The position numbers and the translations under genes were made by a program. From Lama guanicoe (lineage: Eukaryota), in assembly GCA_013239625.1 (NCBI GenBank), contig MU053652.1, positions 1,862,001 to 1,926,000 of the forward strand: a stretch of 64,000 bases of DNA, read 5' to 3'. Under the pieces are notes generated by a model. The model was not told the origin of the DNA, ran no database searches, and worked only from the letters and a program-made list of their open reading frames with translations. Below, in pieces: positions 26,170 through 40,531 of the stretch. How positions within the stretch are numbered: the stretch's first letter is position 1; every line of letters begins with the position of its first letter.

Positions 26170-29100
26170 TAGCCTAGACCCCACTTCCCTGCCTGCCCCT
26201 CCTCCCTAGCACTTACTCTGTCCCCAGATTCTCCCTGTGAGTTGTAAGGTTTCCGGAGGGCAGTCCACTCTCAGCAAATGGCAAGATGGTTCACTTGCAA
26301 AGGGAGTCGTACAACCAAAAGCAGCCCCTGGCGTCCCCCAGATTCTCGTCCAGGTCAGGCTACATTCACAGCAGCATGCCAAGCAGGCTTAATGGAGGAG
26401 AAAAGCTTCTGTAAATGAGTTCTGCGGATGGCACGCTACCCGCCCTAAATTGTCACATTTTGTTTCCTGGCTGCGGCGTCTGTCCTGCGTCCTGCCGGTT
26501 CGTTTGTAAACTCAGCAAACGCCCCGTGTTGAATCGTGTCTGGAGACCGCATCCTCACATCCCTGTCACAGCAGGGTCTGCTGGACTATGTGCCGATACC
26601 ACCGCGCTGGGCCTCGCTGCTTGCCCCTGGCCCGCCAGGCGTGCCATGCCGACGAGTGAACCCACATGCCAGCACACAGCATGGCCGCTTGTGTCTGGCC
26701 GGGAGCCAGCACGGTTTCCTGTCCCAGCCCCACAGCCGACTTCTGGTGATGCCTGTGAACAGAGGTCAGGGGAGAAAAGCAGGATACACCGGAGGCCGCA
26801 GGGGACCCTGACCTCGTTTCATCTCCTGGTTAGAACATGGCTAGAACCCTAGCTTCACCTCACTCTTCTGGGTGCAGTGGGCAATAAAGTTAATTCCCTT
26901 GTTTTCTTCCTCCTCGTCCTGCCCTGCTATGCAAAGGCAGAGGAAAGGCTATCAGAAAAGCTGGAGAGGAGAGGAGGCAGGGAACTGGTTGGAAAGTACT
27001 AGGCTGGCTGTAAAACCAAACCCTCTTAATAGAGAGGGGCTGTGGGCCTGGGGACCATGGGGGGGCCACTCAGTAAAGTTGGGGGGGTGGGTGTTGGCCA
27101 GGAATAAGAAAGATCATGAGGTTCCAGCACAAGCCCTCTCAAGTTCAAACTCCTTTTCCAGCTGGGGCACATCTGGAAGCCTTTAAAGTTGAACTTTAAG
27201 TTTCAAGCTGAATTTTTCATTTAGGAGAACATTATCTATTCCAGAAGGAGAAGCAAACCAAAAAAATGAGTCGGCCGTGGTTGTCATCACTGTAGTGATA
27301 GCTGCCACTTACTTGGTGTGGATGCTTCAGGAAGAGTGTGGAATGTTTTACCTGTATTCTGTGATTTAATCTGCACAACCTTTTGGAGGCTGGAAAATGT
27401 TAAGTGCCTGACCAAGCTATTAAGCGTCAGAGCTAGAATCGGAGTGGCAACCCTCAGATTGCAAAGCCCAGGTCCCTGATGGCTGCACTGCCTGCTCCCT
27501 GGGGGCCCCCTGCCCCCGATGGGTTCTATGCTCCTAGATTCCTCTCCCAGGTTCTCTGTCTGCTGAGCTTGCTTGTCACAGGCAATGATGTTTTGATGTT
27601 AGGGGCTGTTTGTTGCTGTAACAGAGACCTGAGTGGACAGAGACAAAGCTCCTAGCTTTCCCCTGGCCACACCACACACAACCTCTAAGAAGGGGCACAG
27701 GCCAGCCAGGATGAGACACCTCCTCCTTCCCACCCCCATGCCGGGCCAGCAATTATGTCTGACCTGGCTGAGTCCCCATCTAAATACAGCCCTGACCAGC
27801 TGCTCATCATTTCAGAAGGGGAAATCCACTCCGAGTCTTAGTCTGATGGAGATCAGGTTCCCTAGCTGCATGCCATATGAAATAAAAGAGTTACCCGCTC
27901 CACCACCGCTCGCCCCTTGACAATGGACCTCCTAATGGGAACCAGGTGATCCACAGCTACAGTCCAGCAGGGTCAGCTCCTAGCAAATGGAATTGGGTGC
28001 CTCCCCATGACCTCCTCAGCTCTGCTGCCTAGAGAACATGAGAACTGGCAAGGATGGATGTTTCTAAACACTATGTGCTGAGATCTAACTGTCACCTAAC
28101 AGCAGAATACTTTGTTTATTTGCAGTATGCATATGAGGAAACCAAGGCTCAAAGGCATAAAGTAGCTGTCCCCAAGTCATACATTTGACAGGTGGCTGAG
28201 CCAGGACTTGAACGTAAGGCTAGATTCGAAAGGCTGTGTTCTTTCTATCCCATCAGGCTGGGCTCAGTGCAGCCACCCCTCCTGAGCATCACCAGCCCCC
28301 ACTCACCCCACAGTTGCTTATGTTAATGATAGAAGTGGTACTAATGAATACTGGTGATTTCGTAGTTGGTGGTCACAAGTCATGGTCATTTTCTTATGAT
28401 AATTCAAAGTACATTTCAGGTTGAATCATCTAACTTTTTCAAGATAACAAGAACTAGGGGAGGGGCAGCCCTGAACCTTCCTATTATACCACATTATCAG
28501 CATGGACTAAAATGGGGAAAGATCCTGGAATGAAATTCCTGGAGGCTTCCCTAGCCTGTAGATATTTAATTATGGTGAAATCTTCCAGCTAAAAAGGATG
28601 ATAGAGATCAAGATATGTCTGAGAACTGAGAGCCTGAGAAGTGAGAGCCCTTGCCCTCGGTCTCGCAGCAGGTTTGGGGCAAGTCTAGGACTAGGGTCCA
28701 GGTTTTAGGACCGCCAACCCTAAGATCCTCCACTACACCAGGACCCCTCTTGCTGGAAGCTAAGCTGACCCAAACCTAAGTGCGTGATGGCGTCTGAGCA
28801 CATGGGGACCACAGACGGAGTGCCCTGGGCCTTGCTCAGGATGCCCGTGAAGAGATGGAGTCCTCTCTGTAGGCTGGGTGGGGATGAGGTGGTTGTGGGG
28901 TTGGGGGGTCTTCTGGGTGGGCAGGTGAGCTCGCTCAGTAGTGAGTCACCTTCTCAAACAGTGCCCCCCGACCCCAATTCAAACCGAGCTAGTTAACTTC
29001 CCAAGTGAGAACTCTTCTGTGACCTGGTACATCCACTTCCAGGGTGCTGGTCATCGTGGGGCAGCCAAAAGGGGCAGATCAATCAGATGTGGGCCTTTTT

Positions 29101-29269
29101 CGTAGTCCCCAAATGTTAGAAATCATATGGGTATAAAGAAAAATAAGAACTTTGACCCTCAAGTATATTGGGAGCTGACTAGTTAATTTGGTTTAAAAGA
29201 CTAAAGGTGAAAGCATCTTTTGCAAATTAATTTCCCAAGACAAAAAAAAATTTTTTTTTAATTATACCC

Positions 29270-29790
29270 TGCCTGTGAAAAATTTAAACTCCCCAGTTGA
29301 CCACTGTTAGCAGTTTTACTATTGCAGTTGCTGTTCTTTGCACAAAAATATGTCTGTGTATTATGAATATGTAAGTACAGAGTTGTCTTTTAAAACTAAA
29401 AGTGGATATTTTTATCAACTTTAAGTCAACTTTTTATCAAAAAATAGTGTACTTTTTCTGAAACTTACCTTTTAACATAGAGATAGGTAGTGAATATCTT
29501 TCCATGTCAATGATGCAGACATGCTTTAGCTCGGAGTATGGATATAGCATGACTTATTTAACCAGTCCCCTGTGGATGGACGTTTTAGGTTATTACAAAA
29601 TAGTCATTGTCAAATACAAAGCCACAGTGATTATCCACAGCCATGCTCCTGTATCCAGGTGCTATTTTTTCTACGAGAAAGATCCTAAGAGGAAGACTTG
29701 CTGGCTCATTTTAGATTTTAGTAATAACTACAAAATTACTCCTCAAAAAGGTTGTACCAATCTAAACCCCCACTGACAGTGTAGAGAGCA
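29270..29790 (-). mobile_element. L1ME-like fragment
   Basis: atctttccatgtcaat..tatttaaccagtcccct..gatggac..aaaaggttgtaccaat. Confidence 0.65.
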
Positions 29791-32700
29791 TAAGAGTCCT
29801 TTAAAACGCAGTCATTTTAACTATTGTCCTTTCATATTTGAAGAACTACCGGAAAACGCCCTCAGGGCAGCATCTCTTAATGAAAAGGTCACATTTGCCA
29901 GCATGAGCAAAGATGACCCACATCCAAGGATGCCTCAGACATCAGAGGACCCCCTTCTGCTTCCCCCAGCAGCAGGCTGACCCCTGACCCCACCAAGGGA
30001 GCTCACACAGGTTCGAGAGAGTTAGGTGGCTACACTGAGGCAGGAGGTGAGGGTGGAGGAAGAGCATTTAGGCTTCTTTGGGGCACCTGTGGTCCCTGTC
30101 TCCTTCCAAGGCCAGCAGCGCCTGGCTGCCTGAAAGGGGCCCTATGTTGATGGGACCTAGAAAGCTCCCGCTGAGGGATATCAGTTTCTGTTTATTTAGG
30201 CACTATGATTTTCCCCAGGGTCAAATTCCATTTTGAAAGAAGATGTTTGCTATCCAAAGGAGCCACCTACCCAGACCGGGAAGTCTGCAAAAAGCTGCTC
30301 CCTCATCCCAGAGCATTTCTGCCCATAGCTGTGAGCAAACACCACCCCTCTTACCAGACACGCTTGTCTAGGCACACGGGCCACTGTGTGCCCTTTCATA
30401 TCAGCGTGCCATTTGCACAGAACCACTCTTTGGTTTGAACAATTAGACCATTGCTGGGGCTGCTGCCAGCAGTGCTCTTGACAGAAGGCAGTCGGAGCGA
30501 AGGTTGGGTGCTGGGTGGAGAAGGCCTGCCCTGCCGCTTCCCACAAAGAGCCGTGCCAGCGAGCCAGAGGGTCGCCGCATATGCCTCGGAACTCACTTGG
30601 CTCAGCCGCAGGGCCTGGATGGAGGTGTCACCGTGCCAGCCCCTCCTCCACCCACTTCTCGGCTGCTGGAACAAAGGCCCCCGTTGAGCAGGCTGAGTTG
30701 GGGAAACTCACACCAGCAGGTCCCCAGTCCCAGCTCGGATGGGGCCATGGGCTGTCAGCTGCACTCAGTGAAAGGTGGTTGGACTGGGAGCAGCACTCTG
30801 ATCCCCAGGACAAAGGCTCCTCCCCGTGTTCTGGGCTTGGGGGTGGGGAGGGAGGCTCACATCCCCCCTGGGTGTGGGTCCCCGGGGCTCTGCCTCCTTC
30901 ATCCCTGACCTTAGGCTTGGGTCAGGAGCAGGTATCTTGGGCGGGCATCTGTATCCAGGGACTGGGTATCAGAAGAAAAGTGTTGGTAGCCTTGTGGCCT
31001 TGGACAAACCCTGCTGCAGCTGAGCTTCACCTTAAAAGTGAGGGCTGGCAGCTGGATTGTTTCCAGGCCCCTCTCTGCTGTTCACTCCGTGAAGGCCAGA
31101 ACACTCCTCCCATCCTGGGCACCTTCTCACCCTCATGCTGGGTGCAGGGCCTCTCTGGGCAGGATGTGGGTGGGGCTGTCAGTCTCCTCTATCAGTTGTA
31201 AGGTCCCTTGAGCCCACGGTGTGAATGGGAGCAGGAGGGCCCAATAGGGGAGAAAACTTGACCTTTACACTAAGAAGTGAACTTGTGGCAGGAATCCAGA
31301 AGTCATAGATTTGGGAGGAAAGCCAAGATTGTCAAGTCAGTTATCTCCATGGGGTCCTTGGAATAGACTGGAGTTTGTCAGGAACCAAATTTATTCATTC
31401 ATTCATTCATTCATTGCAAGCATTCACTCTCTTGCTCATGAGTTCTCATTTGCTGTGCCTGAGCTGAGTGCCATGTGTGGTAGGATAAAGAAGACTTCAC
31501 ATCACCCCTCATGGGGGCATCTGAGAAAGATGCTGGAACCAGAGTCGTTCTTGGCTTTGTACTGACATGTTCACATGTGTCATCTCAGTGCATCCCCAAA
31601 ACAGCCCTTCAGGGTGCTTACTGTAATCCTTAGATAATGGAAAGGAGGCTCAGAGAGGTTAAGTAAGTTGTCCAAGTCACAGAGGAAGTGGTAGATCTTG
31701 AACTAAAACCTGCTTCTGTCTTTCCCCCAGATCTCTTCTTCTATTTGGCTTTGAGATAAAACTATTCCAAATTTTGTTTTCCTCCTCAGCCATGCTTGAA
31801 GAAGCTGGGGGGTGGGCATCTCCCTGGAGGAGGCTGACCTGCTGTGAGCCTCTCTTTAGGGCTCCTTTTTGCCCACTGAAGGGGCCCCTCAGTCCTTGAA
31901 CTCAGCCCAACCTTCCTGGTTTGCAGTAAGCAGCCTGCAATGCTATGGAATTTTCAACGCAGGGACCTGGATTCAGTGGAGGAAGCAGAGGTTTCTCAAT
32001 CCCCTGGCCTGGATGAGGGGGGTTGGTGTGCGCTGGCCCCAGCTTCATTTCAGTTTCCACCTTTGCCACCGCCCTGCTGTGTGACCTTAGGCAAGCTGCT
32101 TAGCCTCTCTGGGTTGTGTTTTTTCCATCTGTGCAGCAAGGAATAGGATCACTCCTCACTTGGCGAGGGAGGGGTCTGGTTGAGTGGGACGCAGGCCGAT
32201 CGATGCAGCACAGCCCACACCGGGAGGCGCGAGGATGGGGTGATTTCTCGAGGCTGCAGAAATCGCGCGGAGAGCTCCTGGCCCAGCTCCTGCCATTTGC
32301 TAATGAGGAGCAACATATGTTGACAATTCCGGCGTCAAGCTCACTCCTTGGCTGTCCGAGTTCCCAGAGCAAACTGGCTTCCTATTAGGCATTTATACTT
32401 ATTAATAGCAGCAAATTTCAGCCCTCCGCAACATCTGCTACTTTTTATTTGCAAAGAGCTTCCCAGACCATTTATATTAGTAGTATTTTGTGACCAATTC
32501 TCTGAGGCAGAGGAGGCCTGGGTCTCCTTATGGGTCAATGAAGGTCTAAGGAGGGGAAAGGATTTGTTCAAGGTCACCCAGACACCTGGAGTGGATTAAA
32601 GCTCAGGACCGCACTCCCCAAGCCTGGTGCCCTGGGGCTGCTGTCCTTGCTGTCCTGAGTATCGACGACCTTGAGCCCAGAGCCCCTGCCTAGAGGCAGG

Positions 32701-33273
32701 TGGGGACAGTGTTGACAGCCACTGATGCTGCCCTTGCCCCCATGCACCAGCCTGCTCTCACGTGAGACCCCTGCTGAATTAGCCCCCTGGCCCGAGCGCA
32801 AGCAGGAGAAATTGCAAAGTTCAAGGCAAATCAGTCCTGAGGAGCTTTTATGGCTGCCAGGTAGATAAAATCATTTCCTGGCACTGGGCTACCAGGAGGT
32901 CAGTACAGAGGGTTGGTCCCGCAAGCATTCTTGCCTCCAGTGAGCTCTCCACATCGGGAGAGCCACGTTCTCTTTCCAGGGTATTTTCTGATACTTTGCT
33001 CAGGGGCTAGGCCTCTCTGAGATCTATAGATCTATGTCATAGAGAGTTTGGTCAGCATGGGAGATAACAGGAAGATTCATTTGTCATGTTAGACCCAGTT
33101 TGTGATAATCTCCCCAACATGGTACTAGGTACATATAACCTCAGTGTTTATCTAGACCTGTTTGGTGCTCAGGATAGAAACTACCACCTGCAACCTTACC
33201 CCGCCCCATTATGCCTCACCCCTCTCCCCTTCACAGGACCTTTGCACTTGGGTGTGACTTTCTGCCCAACACC

Positions 33274-33780
33274 TGTGTATCAGTTAGCTCTTGCCTCCAA
33301 AATGCTGTGTGACAAACCACCCCAAAACTCAGCAGCATACAACAGTAAGCACTCATTCTTATTCTCACGGACCTGCAGATCTGTTGCCTGTCAATCAGTC
33401 TAAGCTAAACTCAGCTGGGCAGTTCTGCTTCGAGCTGCGGCACCAGCCAGGCTTGTCTCCTGTCTGTGGGGAGGGCTCAGGTCTGCTCCACGTTGGTTCA
33501 TCTGGCTGAAGAGGAGCAGCTTCTTGGGGAAGCTATGTTTGTGGCAATGACAGAAGCACAGAGGGCAAGGCCAAGCACATGGGGACATCTCAAGCCTTTG
33601 CCTTGTTCTTACTGCCACCCCATTGACCAAATACAGTTCTGAAGCCAAGTCCAAGGTCAAGGGGTGGGAAGTATGCTCCATGTCTTCAATCACCATGAAG
33701 CCAGGTAAGGGTGGGCAGGGGGCTGTCAGAGGCTACCTTAGGGCACTGAAGAGTTGGGCTTCACAACACAATCTGCCAGA
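33274..33780 (-). mobile_element. MLT1 (ERVL-MaLR) solo LTR
   Basis: tgtatcagttagct..aaaccaccccaaaactcagc..ggtctgctccac..ccaaggtcaaggggtgggaagta. Confidence 0.75.
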
Positions 33781-35499
33781 GCCTGTGACTGGACTTCTAG
33801 CCTTGGCATCTCTTGCCAATCTGCCAAGTTCAAAAATACCTCTAAGCAAAGAGGATGTATATGATTGTGCTCCAGGCACCCAGAGTGACATGAAATGAAC
33901 ACAGCTTCCCAAGCCAGTGCTCAGCCACTACAAGTTCAGATCCTGGCATTGAGGGGTTTAGAGGCCATCACGGGGAGACAGAACTCTACAAAACCCTTGC
34001 CTGGCCCCAGGTCAGCAGAAACCAAGTGGGGAAAGGCAACCAAAGGCCACCAAAGGAAAGAAAGGCCCCTGGAGAGGCTCATTTGAGAGGCTCCCCAAGA
34101 CCCTGACTCTGAAGTCCATATGTACTCCTGAGTTAATAATTTTCTAGAAAAGAATTGACTTTTCCCAACTCTGCTTCCTTTGCTTGGGGACAGGAGATGG
34201 ATAGGACAGTACCGGGGACGGTGGGTACCAGGCACAGCATCCACACATCTTGACAGCACCACAGCAGCCTCTCGGAGTTTCTCAATGCATTGTCTTGCCT
34301 CTTTTTCTTCTTTTTTCTTCTTCTTCTTCTTCTTTTGACAATCTGGAAGGAAATTGGGTACTTAAGAAGCCTTTTGGACATTTAAATTAACTCCCACCAT
34401 CAAGCTCAGGGTATCCACTGTAGCATTAGCATCCAATTATAAAAGGAGAGATGGAGTAATAAGTCACATTTTGACCAGAATGCCAAATGCTTAAACAAAT
34501 TAGAGATACACAGGGAGACTGGACGTTATATCTCTGGAACATTCCTGAATGTAATCAGCACAGCAGCAGGCCCCCTTTGGAATGCTAGCGGCAGCAGGCA
34601 GAGTGGGACTCCGTTGCCAGAGGGAAGCATCTTTCGGAATGTCAAGGAAACCTGGCAGGGGCTGGACAGTAGGGGCCAGGACTCAAGGAACCTGAAAATT
34701 CCTCCAGCTGCCATGAGCACATCCAGGCCGCAGGCCCTCCAGGGAAAGGGTTCCGTTGATCCTTGGCTTATAGAGGCCAAGGCCATGAGCTAGAATCCTG
34801 TGTGGGCTCCTTTGCTTTGTGGTCAGTCACTCTCTGTCTTCCTGTCCGAGGCCGTTGTTTTGTAACTTCATGTCCTCAGTCATGGGGCTGGAGAGGCGAG
34901 GGAACAGAGGTGATGCTTCCATTGACAATAGTTCAAAACCAGACACACTTACACTGTATTATTTAGGGAAGTTTACCTTGGTGGCAAAAGGATAAAGCAA
35001 ATCAGTGTGATTCCCAGGAAGGTAATGGAGGGGAAAGAGAGGTGGGATGGAGACGGGCGCACAGGTGCTTCTGGTCATAACTGGGGATGAGAAGTGCTGG
35101 AACGGGGGCTGAGCAGTAACAAGAGGATTTTTATAAAACCAGGGACCACTGACCTCACAGAAAGTACGTGAATTCCAAGCCCCTCCCCTGTGCCTCCTGG
35201 GAGGGGCTGGGAGGTGAGGGACGGCTCTGGGTAGAACAAGGGTATGACATTATTTTTCCAGATCAGAAAGTGGAGGTCCAGAGCTCGAGAGTGACAGATC
35301 CATGTACATAACAACAACACACGATAAGAGACATTCATCCAAACCCTTTTGTCCATTTGAGATTAAATTTATAAGAGTAACGATGCCTATCTTTTCACCC
35401 AAGGATCTCAGAATGTTTCATACACATGAATGTATTATCAGTCTACCAACAGAAAGCTTCTCCCCCTTGACCCAGGCTGCTGAGCAGAGAATAGGTATT

Positions 35500-35857
35500 T
35501 TTTTTTCTTTACATTTTTCTATATGTATTTTATTTGATTGATTTTTTTATTAAGGTATACTTGATTTATAATGTTGTGTTAATTTCTGGTATACAGCAAA
35601 GTGATTCCATTATACATGTATATTTTTTCTTTTTCATGTTCTTTTTCTTTTTTTTATGTTCTTTTTCATTATAGGCTATTACAAAGTATTGAATATAGTT
35701 CCTTGTGCTATACAGTAGGACCTTGTTGTTTATCTATTTTATATATATAGTAGTTAGTATCTGCAAATTTCGAACTCTCAATTTATCCCTCTTCACCCTC
35801 TTTCCTCCCTGGTAACCATAAGTTTGTTTTCTGTCTGTGAGTCTGGCTCTGTTTTGT
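35500..35857 (-). mobile_element. Cetartiodactyl-type L1 3' end
   Basis: ttcattataggctattacaaagtattgaatatagttccttgtgctatacagtaggaccttgttg..ggtaaccataagtttg. Same family as the copies at 7375 and 61920. Confidence 0.85.
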
Positions 35858-35887
35858 GGGGTAGGTGTCCTTATATCTGCCCAATAG

Positions 35888-36482
35888 TTTCTTTTTTTTT
35901 CATTATTGTGGTAAAATACACATAACCTGGAATTTGCCATTGTAAGCACTGTAAGTATTCCATGGCATTAAGTACATCACACCGTGCTGCAACCATTAGC
36001 ACCGTCCTTCTCCAGAGCTCTTTTCTTCCTCCAACCTGAAACTTTATACCCATTAAACACTACCTCGCCGTTCCCTCTCCTCCAGCTCCCGGCAGCCACT
36101 TCCTACTTTCTGTCTCTGTGATTGACTACTCTAGGTATCTCTTATAAGTGGCATCATACAATATTTTTTTTATGTGACTGGCTTATTTCACTTAGCATAA
36201 TGTTTTCAAATTTCACCCACATTGCAATTTGCGTCAGAATTTCCTTCCTTTTTAAGACTGAATAATATAATTGTATGTATACACCACATTTTGTTTATCC
36301 ATTCATCTGTCCATGGACATTTGGGTTGCTTCTACCTTTTGGCCACTGTGAATAATGTTGCTATGAACACGGGTGTACAAGTTCAGTTCCTTGCTTCCAG
36401 TTCTTTGGGGTACGTACCCAGAAGTGGAATTGCTTAATCATATGGTTGAATTCTAAATTTAACTTTTTGAGGAACTGCCAAA
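35888..36482 (-). mobile_element. L1MB-like 3' end with intact target-site duplication
   Basis: ttattgtggtaaaatacacataac..tttgaggaactgcca. Flanked by ctgcccaatag at 35877-35887 and 36483-36493. Confidence 0.85.
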
Positions 36483-37459
36483 CTGCCCAATAGGTTTTTG
36501 CACAAAGTTGACAGAATATGACAAGACTAGCCTACCCTAATCCCTCCACCCAAGGAGCCCCACTCTCCCCCAGCACAGTGCAGGCACACGCGGAGGTTCT
36601 GCGAGGTAGTCTTCTGTCTCTGGACACAGTGAGGGAGCTGTTGCAGCCACATCAATCAGCACCTCTCCTGGAGTCCAGTGGCTAGGGGACAGACCTCAAT
36701 TGTTGGTGTTCTCTGACATCATCCATCACTAAGTTACATTCATCTCTAGATAGGTCACATTGCCATCTGATTTGTTCTCCGAGCAGAAACTCCCTCCATG
36801 ACTTTCTTTTTTCACCTCTTCCTGTGGTCTGAATTCCCTCGCTCAGTTAATTAGCATTCCTGGCACTGTGGCTGAAGACTTTAATCAGCGTGGGGTGGTT
36901 TTAATTAATCGTGTGCCTCTGCATCTGGAGTGGTTTGTGTTCCAGGGTCAGGAGAGGAGCCGGAGATGGGGGATGAGAGAGGCAGCTTTGTCTGGTGGAA
37001 GGTGTGGGAGGAGAATCTAGGTATCTGGGGAAAGAGAATCGTAGTGCCAAGCGGGCTTGGAAGCCATCCGGCCACCTGTACAGCTTATGAACAAGCATGG
37101 CAAGTAACCAGAGCCATTGGGGTACAGAATTGCATCCAGATAAATGGTGAACTAAATCTAATTTTCAAAAGTGATTTAAAGTGTCAGGAGATTTTCTGAT
37201 GCTCTCGAGAATTACGCATGGGGTGGGGAGTGAGCAATGATATAGACTGGGAGATATGGGGTAAGTCTGGGAGAGCTGGCCATGCTGGAGGGTACTACCT
37301 CCAAGTGGGACCTTGGACATTTCCCTGGGCCGGGCCTTCTTCGGGAAAGTCCTGGAAAGGTGAGGGGGTGGGGGAGGGTGGCACTCAGCTCTCAAATAAT
37401 GGTACCCCTTCTACATGGACAGTCAGAATCCTGGTGGCTCCCCAATTTTAGCATCCACG

Positions 37460-37710
37460 TTTTGAAAAGAATGGAGAAAACCCAGATAAAGTTCAGAAGA
37501 GTAATAACAAATGATTGATTGTATAGATAGGAAGATCCTATAAGGAAAGGTGAAAGGAAGTTGGTTGGAATTTATTTCCCTGTCTTGCAGGGATCCACCC
37601 TGATGAAAAGCAAAGAAGTATATATAACCATTATAGTAAGTGGTAAAAGCACTAAATAAGTTTAGGAAGTTGAGCCTAGATGAATCAATGAATGGTTTAG
37701 GGGCAGACAT
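37460..37710 (+). mobile_element. L3/CR1 LINE 3' fragment
   Basis: aaagttcagaagag..aacaaatgatt..tataaggaaaggtgaaaggaagttgg resembles the CR1 ORF2 tail (VQRRATKMI..YEERLKELG). Confidence 0.5.
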
Positions 37711-40531
37711 CATGGTTCAACAAGGAAACAATGTGGTCAAGGTACTAAAGGTGAAAAGTTCCTCCATGAGCTCTTGACCAAGTTCACGAGGCCTAGGAAG
37801 ACCGTCAGAGCAGTTTTTGGTGATGGGGGAAAAGGTAAAGTGACAGTGCAATAAAGAACGGACATTAATGCCAAAGATAATGGTAATAAAAACTGTCACT
37901 TGCAATGAGCTTGATCATTTACAAGGCAGTTTCATACCTTTTGGGTCATCCGTGCTCTGTGAATTGGGCGGGGGGAGTGTCTTTATCTCCATGTTGAAAG
38001 ATGAGAAAATGTGAGTCTCAGAGACAACAGGATCTTATCACTAATAAATGGTGAAGCCACAATCGGAGCCTAGCTCTACAAGCACCTACACGCTTTCCAA
38101 CCAAATGAAAATGACCCTTGTTTTAAATCGAGAGAGGAAGGACTTTATAATTCCAGGTATTGACATTATTAAATACCAGTTGCAAGATATTTTTAGAAAT
38201 CTGAATGCCAAGGCTTTGGAGAAGATCAGATTCGCCAAGCAGCTGGCTCTTCGTGTTGCCCACCCCAGAACCCCGTGGTACAGCCGTCCAAGACAGACTA
38301 TAGAACATGTCATTGGGAGAAACCAGGGAGGATGTTAATTCAGTTTAGACCAAGAAAATGCTTTTGACTGAACAAGCCATAATTTTTCTCTTTAAGCCCA
38401 TGCAAAATATGGAGTGCTAGACAAGCAGCTGGAACATATGAAAACATTATCATGTACTTATGCTACCAACTTTCACCATCTATGGCCCCTTTTATTACTT
38501 CTTTTCATCTCTAGGCATCAAATTTTGAAAGCTCTTTGCCTACTAAACAAACTGCATTTATTAAGTAATAATGTATTTCCTGTTTTTAATATGGGAAATA
38601 CATCACTGAGTATGCATACAAACAGAAAACAGCGCCAGTCCAATTTCTGTTAGGCTTTTGGAAATACTGACAATAGCTGTAGACCTCATTACCACTCACG
38701 AGTTCCTAGGAGTCCAGGTACTGTGGGTTGGGCGCCAGTATTCATCTGCTTACACGATCAGCATGTCTGTGCCCATTTAAGAGGTAGGGAGAAGGATTAA
38801 AGAGGCAACAGGAATAGAGTCAGTTCCCTGCTGTGTATAGAGTCAGCAGAGTAATTTGTAAGAAATTTTGTCAGGATTATGACAATTATGAAATTGGGAA
38901 GGTGGTATGTAGGCAGACCTGAGTCATGGCCCAGGCTGATTGCATGAGCAGTAATAAAAGGAAAGATAAAACTCCAAATGTGCAAAAAAGACATCTGAGA
39001 ATGTGGAGAAGGGGCCACGAAGGCCAAGGGCAAAGCTATAAAAATGGGAGCAGGAAGCTAAAAGGTAATTTGGAAGAAGTGAAAATACAAGGTGGACATT
39101 AAGAATGCTCAGTGTGCATTTGAGAAAAAACAAAAAGAGGCATATAAAGGGAAGAGGAACATTAAGGTAGGAAGGGAAAGGAAATCATGTGGGATTTGAA
39201 AATAATTATTATTAATTAATTCCAAAAGAAGAGTTTTGAGACTAATTGAGCAGACTCTGCTGCCAGTTCGCCTGTGCGTGAGTTACGAGGAGACCCTGCC
39301 AAGTGGTACTTAATTTTAAGGAGGCAGATGCCCCAGAACGCAGCAGGGAAAACACAGCCCCCTGCATTTGCCATTGAAGAACAGAGGCTCAGTCAGGTCA
39401 GCAGGATTTATATACCTCTCAGTGTCTACTGTCTGACGGCAAGAAATTAGAAAGGAGGACCACATCGAATTCTCCTAGCTCAAGCTGAAAGATTAGGTAA
39501 GAAGTCCTCCACTGAGATAAAAAGTTATCCCAGTGGAAAAGAATGATTTAAAAAAAGCCTTTTAAAAGGAGAAACTGGCAAACGTGAAGAAAACCAAGGC
39601 TGTAGAAGGAAAATTAAAATTCCATTTGATCCTGTGTATCGTTATTAAGTGCCTCCTATGTATCATGCCCTGAGAAATCATGTGAAAAAGACATCAGGGC
39701 AAAGCTACACTGGAGAACAAAGAAATTCCGAAGATCTTTAGGAGTAAGCAGGAAGTAGAAGCATTTGGGCCAAGCCAGAACGTCATGCGGAACATTTTAC
39801 ATTAACAAGTGGCTGGTGAAAGCTAAGATAAAGTTCTGGGGTTGGAGAGGAAGCCTCTAGTCATGAGGAGAGTGTGGGTAGAGAAGAAATAGAAGCAGCT
39901 GCTCTTTGAAAACACCAGAGTGAACAACTTTCAGAGCCAGTTGGCCAACAGGATGAGAAAGACAGAGCAGGCGAGTAACAGCGCCGAAGGGAGTTTATTG
40001 TACCTTGGTGAAGAGAAGGAGAAGGGTCTTGGACTTGGGTTCTATGCTCTCTGGAACCGCAAAAATGGTGAAACCTGAAGGAGGAGGACCGGGATGGGGG
40101 CAAAACACTTTAAGGTAAAAGCGAACAAGAACGGAGAAAGAGGAAACCTTCGTGTTTATTACATTGGTAAGAGATAAACGTGATGAATTGCATGTTTGTA
40201 GAGGTGTTCGGGGGTTGGTGGTGGGAAAATTTACACGTGCACGGTGTAAATATCTTTGATAACAATGTGATGTGAATCCTATGGAGTCTACTCCCAGACG
40301 TGTCTAAGAAGATTGTTATTTTCTTTGCTGGTTGTCGCCCCCTGATGCTTGTCCATCCTCTCAGATATGATCACTCCAGGTCCCTTTCGGTTCTGGGGCT
40401 CTAGGCCCCCTCCTGCTTCTACACTGTTTTAGGTTATATACCCGGGATGCGATAGCACTGCTTCCTGATCAACTACTGGGTGTTCTGTAAAATCTTAACC
40501 ACTCTCTCTCTCTCTTGTGGTCCTGTCCTAG

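Noticed and set aside
30833..30855. G-quadruplex-capable G runs (also near 43248 and 59261)
   Set aside because: Common in GC-rich mammalian introns, and nothing suggests function.
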